A stretch of DNA of 64,000 nucleotides from Leucoraja erinacea (Eukaryota): assembly GCF_028641065.1 (NCBI RefSeq), contig NC_073378.1, forward strand, positions 108,314,001 to 108,378,000, read 5' to 3'. A program made the position numbers and the translations under genes. How positions within the stretch are numbered: the stretch's first letter is position 1; each line of letters opens with the position of its first letter. The notes below the pieces were generated by a model. It was not told the origin of the DNA. It worked only from the letters and a program-made list of their open reading frames with translations, and made no database searches. This document shows, one piece after another, positions 41,451-54,966 of this stretch.

Positions 41451-44400
41451 CTGGATGAAACAAATTGCAGCTTTTTACATCATGCATAAGGGTGCTTAAT
41501 AGTTTTGTATTTTTTTCTCGAAGATGGAGGTATCTAACTAGAGTGCAAACCTGTACAACATCGACATCAGCATGAGCATTGCTGTCTAGTTTTGTATTTC
41601 TTATCTGGTTTCCCCAATACATGAGGGATATTCTAAATTCCTAGCCGATCTTGCCTCTTGTCAATTCTGTACAATTCCTGCCCAGCAGCCGCAGTTGCCT
41701 ATTAAATTGACAGATTTTGTTACTCTTCAGCCAAGGATTTTGCGATTTTTGACTTATTTAGAATCTCTCTAGTCCATCAATGGCACATGACATGTAGGCT
41801 CATTGTTATCTGAAACAAAACGCTCACAATAAACTATTATCTTTTTTTTGGAACTCAGATTTTTTGTCACTGGTTAGTAAATTAAAATTTGAAGCAGGCC
41901 AAGTGTCTGATTAGACAATTTTTTTCCGACAGTAAATATCTATTCTGACCAACATATGATTTATCTAATATTAACAAACTATTTGTGGGCTATGTATATT
42001 GAAATTGGATACAAAAAAAATAAAAAAAAGTCTGCACTTTTTGACCATAATCTTGGAACATTGTTAATTCATGCACATGTCCGTATAAGGAGGCGGTTTT
42101 TCCTGGCAGTCCACTAGTCCTTTGAGATGGTATTCCATTTAACCATCTCCTTTTGTATATTTCATATAAATGAGAATTTGAGCAAATTCCAGCTTTTACA
42201 CAAGGCTTAAGCACTTCCAAGAACCATTCCCTAGAGATGAGGGTTATCTAATAGAGTAAAACAACATCACAGTTGCCTCTTTTTCATAGACCTTTTATTT
42301 GGCCACAATTCTTCTCTGGTCATCAATGCACAGTGCTATCTGAAACAAAACGTTTTGTTATCTTTTTGGAACGAAAATCCGATTTTTGTCAAATTAAGCC
42401 AAGTGTCTGATTAGAATATATTCCACAGCATTAGGGCTATGGTATTTGAAATTGATGCAAAAAAAAAAACTAGTCTGGTTTGACCATAAGGCTGGAATTC
42501 ATGACATGGATCATTGTTCCATTCTGAATTCAATATCTACATTTAAACCATCTCCAAGATATAGAATATAAAACAGTACTGCACAGGAACAGGCCCTTTG
42601 GCCACAATGGTCAAATTTATCTGCACTGAATATGATGCTAAGTTAAACTAAACTGCGCTGCTGCACATTATCCATATCCCTCCATTTCCCACTTATCCAT
42701 GTGCCTATCTAAACAGCCTTAAATGCCAATATCGTATCTACTTCCACGACCATCCCTGGCAGTGTTCCAGCTTTCTTTTTTCATCCATTTAAATTACCAT
42801 GTTCCTTTTCCATATGCCACCTTTATTATTCCCTTACTATCTTGCACTCCGATGAAGAGAATTTAAAAAAAGTTGATGGCCAACAGTTCCACTATTTCAA
42901 ACAAATTAAGACTCTAACCTCCTGAATACCTCATCACGCCAGGAGGCAGGGAGCACATATCCTTCTTCATCCAGTTGAATCTCTGCGTCTAAAAAAAAGA
43001 TGAGATTTCTTTCACGAAAAGGTAATGATAAAATCAAAGTGTTCGTTCATTTCATACAGACGGTGATAAATAAATCAAGATTGTGTATGGGCATATTCAG
43101 TCCAGCTACATCAAAACTATTACTAAAAGTGATCTTGACCACTTCCTATCTACGTTGTAAATAAATTTTAGAGAAAAACACTACCCTACATCGCTATCAT
43201 TTTTTTTTTCGCCATCTTACTCACTGTCCTCTCCAACCGTCACAAGGTTTTTTTCCGATCGGGTGAAATAATAATAAAAAAAGAATGTTTAAAAAATTGT
43301 GAGATCAGCAGTTGGTTTTCACGCATGTCAGTCACCATGATGAAGGTAACGCCCCTTCCGGGGGGCCAGGAGAATAAAGCCCCAGAGGCCGGACGTGAGT
43401 CAGTCACCCCGGAAGACCGTGAGTGAGAGTTGAGTCCTGAACTGTGAGTCAACGCTGTGAGTGAACTGAACTGTGAGTCTGCACTGTGCTGCTTGAACTG
43501 AATGGAAGGGCTGGTCTGCACTGTGCTGCTTGAACTGAATGTCGCGCTAAATCCGGAAGTCCCGCTCACTGCTGAAGTCCCGGTCAGGGGAGAGGCCGCG
43601 CTCAACCACGTGAGTAGATTCAAGAGAGTTTTACTGTCATATGTTGTGTGTGAGAGTGTGTGATGGATGGTGTGAGTGTGTGTGAGAGATGGTATGTGCG
43701 TGAGATGGAGGGTGTGTGTGTGAGAGAGATGGAGGGTGTGTATGTGGGTGTGTGATGGAGGATGTGTGTGTGAGCCTACCAACCGTGAGTGAGTCAACTG
43801 CCAGCCCACCAGCCGTGAATGTGTTGGCTGTCAGCCCACCAGGCCCGAGTGACTGAGCTGCCAGCCCACAAATCCATTAGGGCCCACAATGTCCAAACTA
43901 GCCCTTAAGAAACCAGTCCCTTCGGCACACAGCACCCATACTAGCGCTCCAGAAAGCCCCACCCACTGGCCACCAACATTGGAATTGGTGGAGAGGTGGA
44001 ATATTGTGTTGGGGGACCATCCCTCCTGTGTGAACATGGGACCCAATGGATCCCACGTAGTCTAGTTTAGTTAATAAAAGAGCCTTTGTTGAGCAGATTC
44101 CCAAGATGGAAAGGATGGGGAAAAGAGTTATTTCTTTTGCAAACCTGTTTCTAAATTATTACAGAACAGATTTGGCAGAAGGCCTGTGAAGAAATAAGGG
44201 CGGCACGGTGGCGCAGTGGTAGAGTTGCTGCCTTAGAGCATCAGAGACCTGGGTTCAATCCTGACTACAGGTGCTGCCTGTACGGAGTTTGTACATTCTC
44301 CTCGTGAGCTGCGTGGGGGTTTCTCCGAGGTCTTTGGTTTCCTCCCGCACTCCAAATGCATACAGGTTTGTAGGTGAATTGCCTTGGTAAAAATGTAAAT

Positions 44401-47400
44401 TGTCCCTAATGTGTGCTGAATAGTGTTAGTGTGCGGGGATCGCTGGTCAGTGCGGACTCAGTGGGCCGAAGGACCTGTTTCCGCGCTGTATCTCTAAACT
44501 AAACTAAATACCTATAGTTTTGACCCTGTACAAAAAATCAAAGTAGTGGAGAAACTCAGCAGGTCAAGGAGTGGAACTAAAATGTCAGACAAAATATTGG
44601 GTCAGGACCCTTCAGACTGGTAAAGAGGGGAGAAAGTTGGACCAGGCAGTTGAGGGAAGGGGTGGGGGAAAGAACTGGCAAGTGATCAGTGGATTCAGGT
44701 GAGGGGTGATTGGCAGATGGGTGGAGATTGCAACTAAGGCTACAGGTAAGAGGAGAAAAAAGTTTGCAAATACGGAATCTGATAAGATGTTAGATGGGGA
44801 GTAAAATGTAGAACCAGAAGAAAGGATTGTGGGTGAAAGGGAACAGGAGAACAGGGGAGGGGAATTGAGGACCTCAGACGAGGGAGGGGTGGTAGATGAC
44901 TGCCTGGAAGAGGAAGGGAACTGCATGATGGGGACAGGGGAAATGGAAAGAAGGGTGTGTGTCCAGGAGAGGGTGGTGGAAGGAGCGTAATTACCTAAAA
45001 CTGGAGAATTCAATTCAATGTTCATATGTGTAAGCTACACGTGGAAGATGATGGATGTGCCTTCCTTCCAGTTTACGCAAGGCATCACTCGGGCAATGAA
45101 CGAGACCGAGGACAGAAAGGCAGGTATGGGAATGGGATGTGGGGTTTAAATGGTTAGCAACTGGGAGATCCAGCAGACCCTGGCGGACACGAGTTCAAGC
45201 GTACAGCAAAACGGTGCCCCACTACAGCTCAACTGACAGAATGGACAAGGGAAAAGGAGACAATTTTTTTTTCTTTTTTACATTTTGAGAATAGTTCACT
45301 GCTGTTTCAAGATTGGGTTATAAACAAACACATCTCATTGTTGAAGATAATAGTTCACCACCAGAAAATAAACAAAAATGGGTGAACTGGCATGTGGATT
45401 CATATTTAAGAAAGGACTGCAGATACGGGAAAAATCGAAGGTAGACAAAAATGCTGGAGAAATTCAGTGGGTGAGGCAGCATCTATGGAGCATAGGAATA
45501 GGTGACGTTGTGGGTCGAGAAGGGTTTCTTCAGAAGGGTCTCGACCCGAAATGTTGCTTCTTCAGACAGAAGAAGGGTCTCAACCCGAAGCGTCGCCTAT
45601 TCCTTCGCTCCATAGTTGTTGCCTCACCCGCTGAGTTTCTCCAGCTTTTTTGTCCACTGTGGATTCATATTAATCCATTCTTTCCCCTCATATTTGTTTA
45701 TGACAAATATTCAACTTTTTAAAAAAGATTTATCTTTTATGCCATTTTGATTTAAAGAAGTGGCAACTTTCCTTACATATGTACCAGCATGCAGGTTATC
45801 CTACTGAACCCTACAGAAATCCTATGGTTTTTTAGATCTGTATGTAATTCCAAATAACTGGCAAATGCTTGCAGTACCTAATGTATAGCCATATGGTGTC
45901 AGCACTCGAGAAGCAAAGTAATTCCTTGCTCCTAGAAGGTCAGTCAGAGCATTCCTCACTTTGCCATAGAGATGTTCATCCACCAAGCTTTCTATCGACT
46001 GTCCTGCTGTTAAAAATGATTTTACCCGATACTTGGGAGGAAGGCTGTGACCCTGTTGAGAAACAGATAGCAATGTTTGTACATTTAAAATGCCATTAGC
46101 AAACTATTAGGTTATTGCAATACAGAGCAATCTTATTGCTACAAGCCAAAAACTATTAAACCATAGTTTTATCAGCAAATGAAATTGATACTTTGAAGAT
46201 TTATATTGGCAGCATATAAAAATCACAAAACAGCACATTGTGAATGAGACCACAGAATGTAATATGCTTCCAATATGCTACGGAAGACTGAAAACTTCCA
46301 CCCAGTAACAGCTCTGGGCAGTATTTGTGGAGCAGGAAGGGAGGGAGAACAACTAGCCTAGAACTTTCTGCTTCTACACTTACCTACTTCTACTTCTTAC
46401 AGGAGTCAGACATCAACAGAGCCATCTCCATCATCAAAGACCCTTACCACCCATCGCATGACTTTTTCACCATCCTCCCATCTGGGAAGAGGTACAGGAG
46501 CATCAGCTGCAAAACCAGCAGGATGCTCCTCAGCTTCTTCCCACAGGCTATAAGACTGTTAAATGAACTTTCCCCCCTGCCAAGTATCGCGCACAAACCC
46601 CCCACACTGCAGCAGAGCCACTGTTGTGCCGCTGCCGGTCGGAACGGCTGTTGAATGTTATTAGAGGGTTAAATTGTTCATGACATGTATTTTAATTTTA
46701 ATTGCTATTTATTTTGTAACGAAAACTGAATGGACACTGGTTGAGAAACGTTTTTTTGTTTCCTCTGAGTATGCGAATACTCAGGAAATGACAATAAAGA
46801 TTTACAATTACAATTACAATTACAATTACACAAGGACTTCTACCATCCTTTCTGATCTTTCCTACACTGCTCCACCACAATGTCCTCCTCATTCTTCCCC
46901 TTGTGTTCATATCTAAATGCATTCCAAACCTTCCATAATATGAACATTTTTGCTTTGCCGCTTCTTTCTCTGCACATATTCTTTTGGACCAGGAGTTTCC
47001 CCTGACGTTTCCCCCAGTACATTGGACTGCAATGGTATTAGTTCATGAACCCACGCAAAACGAAGAATATATTTTACTGTCGGGTTCCACCTTGTTCTTG
47101 CCGTTGCAGACGCTTCCCTTCCCTTTCTTCAATTTTACATCTCCATCTTGGGGACAGCCTCGACGTCCACAGATGTTACTTCCTCCCACCCCAACCACCT
47201 GGAGACAGCATTTGGTCTTAACTTCACATGAGCAATGCACAAGGGAAAAAAACCGACTGATCATTTAACAAAAACCTTACCTCATAAATTCGGCACTCTA
47301 GTTTCATTGTCATGAACAGCTGGGTTAGTTGGGCCAGAACAAATTTGTCTAGTCCAGTTCCTTGGGCTATTAAAAAATAGAAACTAAAATTAAAATCAAA

Positions 47401-50400
47401 CCAACTGAGAGAACTTGCACTATGTGATTATTTATCTATTCCACCCAACCCTCCCATGCACACACAGAATTTTCACTGGAGCGCTTTTTATTCCATATTT
47501 TGGATTCTTTGGTTGTGATTTGTGAAACCTGTCAGGGCAAATTTGAATTTTATAATTAGCTACAATTGGGTAACTAACTAATTATATGCTTTAATTTCAG
47601 GTCATCCAAGTAAGATTGTCTCATATTTGTTTCAGAATGCTTCAATCTATAATAACTGAAAATTTCATTCAGTTCTCTTAATTTTTAAGAAAGTTATGGG
47701 CTTTTGACTGTCCTTGAGCACAGCTTTTGAATTAAGTCAATGGAAAAGCAACAGGGAACAAGATGCTAATTTCAGTATGAAAATGGCCATAACTTTTTTA
47801 ATACTGAAGATATGAAAGTGTCAAATTAAACTTCTTTTTCTGCTTTATCTGATGGCATAAATTGCAGACTTGATTTTTAAAATCTCACAATTTTGTAACA
47901 TTGCTAATATTTGTAGACTTTTGAAACAACTATTTGTAATGGATGCAAGAGCACTGGAGAGTAGAAGATTATAGATCCCACCACTTGGAAAATTTCAAAG
48001 CACCCCTTTCAGGCTGGATATGTTACTTCCCAGAAATAATGTTGAGTCAGTATTCTTTGTGGGTTTTGATGAAAGGTCACTGAGCTGATACATTAACTTA
48101 ACCACTCTATCCACATATGCGCACCGTTAGTGCATTATCAGTTTCAATGGTTGGAACTTGAGTAGTAGGTCAGAAAGGGGGAGGAGTGATAGGAAAGTAG
48201 AAGTGTTGATCAACAAGACTCAAGGGAGGGTAGGCAGGGAGAGGGAGGAATGTTGTAACGCTGATGCGGTGAAGTATGTTCACTTCAATCCAAGGAGGAT
48301 TGTGGAGAAAGCAAATTAACCTAGAGCTTGGATCAGTGCCTTGGAATATGGTGTGTGGCCATTGGAGAAATGTGTTGTGAGAGGGACATGACTGGCAGCT
48401 CAATGTTCAGGGGTTTAGATGCTTCAGACGTGATTGAGAGGAAGATAAATGAGGTGGATGTATTGCGCTACTAATCAGAATGGCTGTCACGATGATACTC
48501 AGGATATACTGGAGGATTTGTTTCCTGAGGCAATATGGGTATAGCTCAGAAATAAGAAAGATGCAAGTCCTCTAATGGGATTGTACTATAGCACCCCCCC
48601 CCCCCCCCCCCCCCCCCTTCTCCCCGCCCCCCATTAGTGAGCGGGAGATAGAGGAACAGATATGTAGACAAATTACCAAAAGAAGCCACGGCAACAGACT
48701 TTCTGCAGTGTATTCAAGAGGGGTGGACCTTGCGGGAAAGTGCCAAATTGGAGCAAGGTAAGCTACAACTTTTCGGCAGGTGCTCGGAAGGGTATACTGG
48801 GAGCAATTTTTATTGGGCAAGACCACATCTGATACGCGGGAGTCATTTAAAGACCAGTTGATCAAAGTTCAGAACCGGCATGTTCTAGTGAAGAGAGGGG
48901 TAAGGATATCAAAGAGAACCTTGGATGACCAAAAAAGTTGTAAATCTGGCCAATAAGAAAAAGGAGCACATTCAAAGTTTAAGAGGATGGAATCAGATGT
49001 GGACTTTGTGGAAAATAGTGGGGGGGAAAGAACTCGAGTGGGGGATCAGAAGGGCCAACAAGGGCCATAAAATTGCTTTGCGAGTCAGATTAAAGGAAGT
49101 CCCAAAGCTATTTAACCTAAATTAAAAACACGAGGGTAAACAGGGAGAAGGGATGACCACTCAAAGATCAAGAAGGAAATGTGTGTGTCTGGGGAAAGTA
49201 GGCGAGGTAGTAAATGAGCACTTTGCATCTGTTTTACCTAAGGAGAAAGACATGGATGACAGTGAGATTAGTGTGGAGAATACTTATATGCGAGTGCAGT
49301 AGGATATTAAGGAGAAGGTGTTGGGGCTCTTGAAGAGCATTAAGGTTTTAAATCTAAAGACCTAATAGGATTTATCCAAGGTTATTGAGAGAGGCAAGAA
49401 AGGAGATTGCAGGAGCCTTGACAACCATTTTTGCACCTTGTCCAGCCACAGGCGAGATCCCAGAGGATTGTAGTGTAGTTAATGTTGTTTCTTTATTTAA
49501 GAAGGAGAGTATCCATGGAATTATAGGACGGTGACTCTCGTGCCAGTGGTTGGAAATCAATTGGAATGAACATTTGGAAAAGAGTGGGCTAATTAGGGAT
49601 AGTCAGCGTATGTTTGTACACAGCAGGTTGTGTCTTCCGAACTGGATTGAGCTTTTTGAGAAGATTGTGAAAGTGATGCAATCGGATAGGGCTTTGGATG
49701 TTGTCTACATGGATTTTAGTGGGGCATATGATAAAGTCCCCCATGGTAGGTAGGATGATCCGGTAGATCAAGATGCATGGGATTAATAGCGACTTGGTTG
49801 TATGGATTCAAAACTGGCTTATTGATAGAATAGATGTAAATGTAGATGGTTAGAACATTTGCAGAAGACACCAAGACTGCTCAGGTCGTGGACCATGAGG
49901 AAGGCTGTCAACGTATACAGCAGGATATAAATCATCTACAAGTTGCTACTTTCAGGGAACTGCAGACTCGCATCCAAGATTCTTCAGCACATCTTCGTTC
50001 CTCACGGTCCTCCTATTTACTGTATGCTTTGCTCTTGTATTTCTCTCCCCAAATTGCTTTACCTCAAATGTCCGGGTAAAACTCAATATGCCATATCTGT
50101 ACTCAAATTTCTAACTGCCATTGTATCCAATGACAACCTACTTCACTATCTGCAATTCCACCCATTTTTGTGTAGTTTGCAATCTTACTAATTAGACCAC
50201 TGACAGAGATCCCAGCATGGTTCCTTATTGGGCATTTGCATACAGGGCAAATAGATCAACAGAGGATGCCATCTCTCTGGCTCTTCACACTGTCCTGACT
50301 CAACTGGACAGACAGGGCACGTACGTGAGGATGCTCTTCATTGACTATAGCTCTGCATTCAATACGGTCATCCCCACCAAGCTCACCACCAAACTCCACA

Positions 50401-53400
50401 AGCTAGGCCTCAGCTCGCCGATATGTGATTGGATCCTGAACTTTCTGACGGAGTGACTGCAGGCAGTGAGACTGGGCCCGCACCTGTCCTCCACTATCAC
50501 CCTGAGCACTGGCACACCACAGGGCTGTGTACTAAGCCCCATGCTCTACTCCCTCTTCACTCACGACTGTGTTCCTGCATTCGACACCAACACCATCGTG
50601 AAGTTTGCAGACGACACACCAGTGATTGGGCTGATCACCAACGGTGATGAACCAAAATACAGAGCGGAGGTGCAGAACCTGGCGGACTGGTGCGCACGTA
50701 ACAACTTGTCACTAAACACCTCCAAGACCAAGGAGCTGATTATTGACTTCAGGAGATCCCATAATGGAGAATATGCACCAATCTCCATTTACGGGGAAAG
50801 TGTGGAGTGTCCAGCTTTAATTTTCTGGGCACCCACATTTCAGAGAACCTCACATTGTCCACCAACACCGCTGCGCTGGTCAAGAAGGCACAGCAACGAC
50901 TGTTCCTGAGGACATTAAAAAAGACTGGTCTGCCCCAACAGCTGCTGACAACGTTCTACCGCTGCACCACAGAGAGAACGTATGGCATCTCTGTGTGGTA
51001 TCTCAGCTGCACGGAGGCGGAGAGGAGAGCTCTTCAGCGCGTCGTCCACAGAGCGCAGAGGATCATAGGGACACAGCTACCAGCCTTGGAGGGCATCTAC
51101 CACACACGGTGCCTCAGGAAGGCCGTCAGCATCCATAAAGATTCCTCACACCCTTGTAATGGACTGTTTGAACTACTTCCCTCCAGCAGACGTTACAAGG
51201 CCTTCTACGCCCGAACCTCCAGACTCAGAAACAGCTTTATTCCCAGAGCTATAGCGGCTCTGAACCGGCCCTGCTGAGTGCCCCCCGCCCCCCCGGACTG
51301 TCTCCCTCGGATGGTCACGTCACACAGCTTATTTATTTATTTTACTTTTCTTTTACATCGGTTGGAAGCTGCATACTAAATCTCGTTGCACTGATGTGCA
51401 ATAACAATAAAAGATATTATTATTATTATTATTATTACCACTGATCGTAGACCTCGAATCACAATAATATTCCCTGTTACTGTTGCCCTACATCTTCTTT
51501 GATCAATTTTGAATCCAATATACAACTCATCATGGATCACATGTGACTTAAACTTCTAGATCAGCCTACCATAAGGGATCTTGTTAAATGCTTTATTAAA
51601 GTCAATGTAAACAACATCCACTGTCCTAATCTTATGAATCACCTTCGTCATCTCCTCGTACACAAAGCCCTGCTGCTTTTGCTTAACACCCGGTTTTCCC
51701 AAATACTAGTGAATCCTGTTCTTAAGAATCTTCTCCAATAATTTCCCAATCACTGATGCAAGGCTGACTGGACTATAATTTCCTGGTTTGTCCCCATTGG
51801 CCTTCTTAAACTGCCTATTCTCCAGTGTTATGGGTCTTTGCTGCATTTAAACAAGGTAAAAAGATCTCAGCTGAGGCCCCAACAATCCGTTCCCTTGCTT
51901 CCTTCAGTATCTTGGGATAGATCTCATTAGGCTATGGAGACATATCCACCTTAATGTTCTTCAAAAGCCCCAATATCTCCTCCTCCTTAATATCACCAGC
52001 CCCCTCCCTCCCTGATCTCACTGTCATCGGTGTTTTCCCCTTGGTCAATATCGATGCACAGTACTCATTTAGTGCCTTGCTCACTTCCTCTGGCTCGAGG
52101 CATAAATCCCACCCTTTGTTTTTCCGTAGACCTGACCTTTTGCTGGCTACCCTCATGTATTTAATATATGTAAAATGTCTTGGGAATGTTCTTAATCCTG
52201 TCTGGGGAATGGGATGCCCTAGGCATTTTAGCTCTTATGGGTGCTTGTTTAAGTTCCTTCCTGGTTCCTTAAAGGTTTTGCCCAAATTCAGCTTCCCAAT
52301 GCATTTACATCCCAGCTTACATATCCATTTTTTAATTGTTTTGACTAAATTTACAACATCTCTTTACTATACTTTAGACTTGAATCTCTTGTCATCCAAG
52401 ATTCCAGAAACTTATCAGCCTTATCTTTTACTTTTGTTGACATATGCTGGTCCTGAATTCTAACCAACTGGGCTCTAAAAGACTCCCACGTCAGTTGTAG
52501 AATTTACTCAAAAACAGATGTTCCCAATCTATTTCCCCAGTTCCTGTCTAATATTGTTGTAGTTAGCCCTTCCCCTGAAGTGTAATCAGCACTTTCCCCT
52601 GAAGTCCAGTCTCATCTTTATGGATTACTATCTTAAAACATACAGTTATGATCATTGTTCCCAAAGTGCTCCCGCACTGAAACTCCAATCGACTAGTTGG
52701 GCTCATTTCCCAATACAAGGTGCAGTAAGGCCTCTTCCCTGGTTGATACTCATTGGCTACCACTGCTCCCCCTAATATTATTTTCTTTCCCTAAGATGGG
52801 ATATTGTTTTAAATATGCCTCTTGCTGAAATGCCCAGTAATTAAATGCAGCCTTCATGAGTGAAACTTCAAATTTCTCAGCTTTTCAAAATTGCTCTCTT
52901 TTATATTCTGCACTCTGTTGCTGTTCTCTTTTGCATTATTGTAGCTCGGTACATATAATAATAATAAACTAATACCTTTCCAAATCAAGTTGCAGATGCA
53001 TATTAGTTTGATTTTTAGTTTTAGCTTGTTACTTTAGTTTGTATAGTCTTTACTTTGACTGGATAACATGCAAACAAATGTTTTTCGCTGTGCCTCGGTA
53101 TACGGGACAATAATAAACCAAACTAAACATACGGGGAAATTGATTTTGTCACATCACGACTACTAAATAGTTCAGGCAGGGTGAGGAAGTGGAATTGGAG
53201 GATATCTTGCATTACAAAATTCACAAGGATGCAACGATTAAAAAATTCACACCATCAGCTATAGCATGATAAACCAATGTACACTTATGCAACTGAATTG
53301 ACTAAATAAAACCTCAGGGCTAACTTTCAAATCTTCCAAAACGCTCCAATTATCTAATAATCAAAATATTACTTTACATTTTCTAAACTGAAATAATTAA

Positions 53401-54966
53401 TATTTCACAATAAAATAATTACTTTGGTAATTATTTTTATTCAAGAATGAATGAAAGATGACTTTGGTACCCCTGAACCTGATGGTAACTAAGGTATGAA
53501 AAGGTTGTAATAAAACAAGTAGGCTCACCTTCCAGCAGCTGCAGAAAGTAGGGACTAAAGATTTTGGACACAAAATTCACAGGAAATCGTCCTATTAATA
53601 TACAGGAGTGAAGTAAGTTCAGTAGAGTTCGAGGCTGGAATTGTGAAAATCGTCCCCTTAATAGGTCTTCAATCTTTCGAAACAGCTGACCTACATTTGG
53701 AGGCAAATAATTTAACCTGCCAAATGGCATTATTTGTAAGGCAATTTCTTTAGTTGTAAAGTTGTCTGAATTGTAAACAAAACTCTCAGCAACTGCATCA
53801 AATATGGGTGGTGAAAGGATCCGCTGCTGGTTGCAATGTTGCATCATCTTACTGATTGCTTCGGGCTGCATGACAAAGGCTTTTTTCGGGATATTTTGCT
53901 CCAGGGCATTAATAAAAAACCTGTCGCTGAGTCCAAAGCATATTAGAGCGTTCAGTACTATTATGAGCTCCCGGTCTGAGAAATGAGGAACATGTCGTAC
54001 TGAATGTTTGCAGAGATTAATTACCAAAGGAATTGCTTGGGTTTGCTTGAGAACAACCATTGCATTGAGTATGTCGCATTTGGCTTTATGGCTCATTCTG
54101 GAAGCTAAATGAAGGGAACGAGAATTCATTTTGTTTAGCAGCTCCTGGTATTTTCCTCCTTTTCCCACGCCAGCCACCAGCAGGTTATAAACCATTGGTA
54201 GCTCTTCAGATGTCCAGTTCTCCAATGTCTGTCCTTGAACTTGCTCCATTATTTCCTTTAATGTTCCACATTCTGGGCCCTCCAAATTCAGCAGAGCCTC
54301 ACCCAGCAAACACAAGTCCTTAATGAGCATCTGACCTTTGCCAAGCCGCTCTTGACTTTCGCACAACATTCTCGTCATAAGTCTGCTTTGCGGGTCAACG
54401 TACAATTGGATACAGGCATACAGTGCAGTAACCAACGCCGTGGTGCTCAGCCTCTGAGACTCCTGCTCAAACTGGAAGCACAAAGCCTTGACTGTCTCAT
54501 TCTCCAGCAGGATTGCAGACTTTCCCAGCTCATTCTCATCCGTTTCAACCTGTGATATTTTAAGCAAGGCAGAAGCAGCCATTGTGTCTGTAATGGACTT
54601 TGAGGATTTCAGTAGTTTAAAGATCTGTTTGGCTGTTTTACTAATGTTCAAATATTTTAAAAAGTTCTGTTCGTAGGACAACTGTTTGCTGCCCATCTCC
54701 AAATTGGCCGCAGCATCTCCATGAAGGCACACTGTCCCTGAAGTGAAATCAGGCTGATCCCTGATCACACTGTGGTATCCGTTATGAGGGACCCATTGAT
54801 GGCACATCTTTAGACATCCTGTCGATAAAATCGGGCCATATTGCGGGTACAGAATTTTGTTAAAACGTTTGCAAGGGTACAATTTCCATTTCATAATTTG
54901 TAAGATGTTGCAGGTTTGAAATTTAGATGAAAGGAAATCAAAGAATCTTAACAAATTCAATGCCAT
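41352..54966 (-). CDS. FASTKD3: FAST kinase domain-containing protein 3, mitochondrial
   Basis: Coding exons 54966-53529 (479 codons; [20 protein letters not shown] motifs), 47366-47281, 46052-45878, 42988-42919, a corrupted exon at about 42339-41550, and 41450-41352 ([24 protein letters not shown]...W*). Non-coding first exon ends at 56980 (CG|GTGAGG). Confidence 0.9.
42919..42988 (-). CDS. FASTKD3: FASTKD3 exon
   Basis: [23 protein letters not shown]; donor position uncertain. Confidence 0.8.
43111..44065 (+). mobile_element. Non-autonomous Helitron
   Basis: 5' A|TC...tattactaaaa; 3' hairpin gggaccca-a-tggatccc (44038-44054) followed by CTAG|T; no TSD. A further isolated 3' end lies on the - strand at 62044-62066. 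Confidence 0.75.
44198..44508 (+). mobile_element. HE1-like V-SINE of sharks and rays
   Basis: tRNA-like head (ggtggcgcagtgg; ggttcaatcc), central tgcgtggg..tttctcc block and (taaac)n tail; an internally deleted copy lies at about 28877-29125. Confidence 0.75.
45878..46052 (-). CDS. FASTKD3: FASTKD3 exon
   Basis: [15 protein letters not shown]...[20 protein letters not shown]. Confidence 0.92.
47281..47366 (-). CDS. FASTKD3: FASTKD3 exon
   Basis: [29 protein letters not shown]|gtaagg. Confidence 0.9.
48300..52760. mobile_element. Degenerate CR1 fragments in opposite orientations (+ 48300-49940; - 49950-52760, interrupted by the Rex1-like LINE)
   Basis: [16 protein letters not shown]-like and endonuclease remnants. 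Confidence 0.7.
50232..51437 (+). mobile_element. Rex1/Babar-clade LINE, 5'-truncated, RT with a stop and a frameshift
   Basis: [13 protein letters not shown]...[11 protein letters not shown]...[10 protein letters not shown]...KFADDT; AATAAA + (ATT)n tail; other fragments at about 6230-6730 (-), 39270-39410 (-) and 46398-46828 (+). Confidence 0.88.
53529..54966 (-). CDS. FASTKD3: FASTKD3 large first coding exon
   Basis: ORF-track 509-aa ORF, ending at donor G|GTGAGC; acceptor 12 nt upstream of the ATG (exon begins 54978). Confidence 0.93.

Noticed and set aside
41550-42560. Calling FASTKD3 a pseudogene
   Set aside because: All other exons are intact, including 479 open codons; a local sequence error is more plausible.
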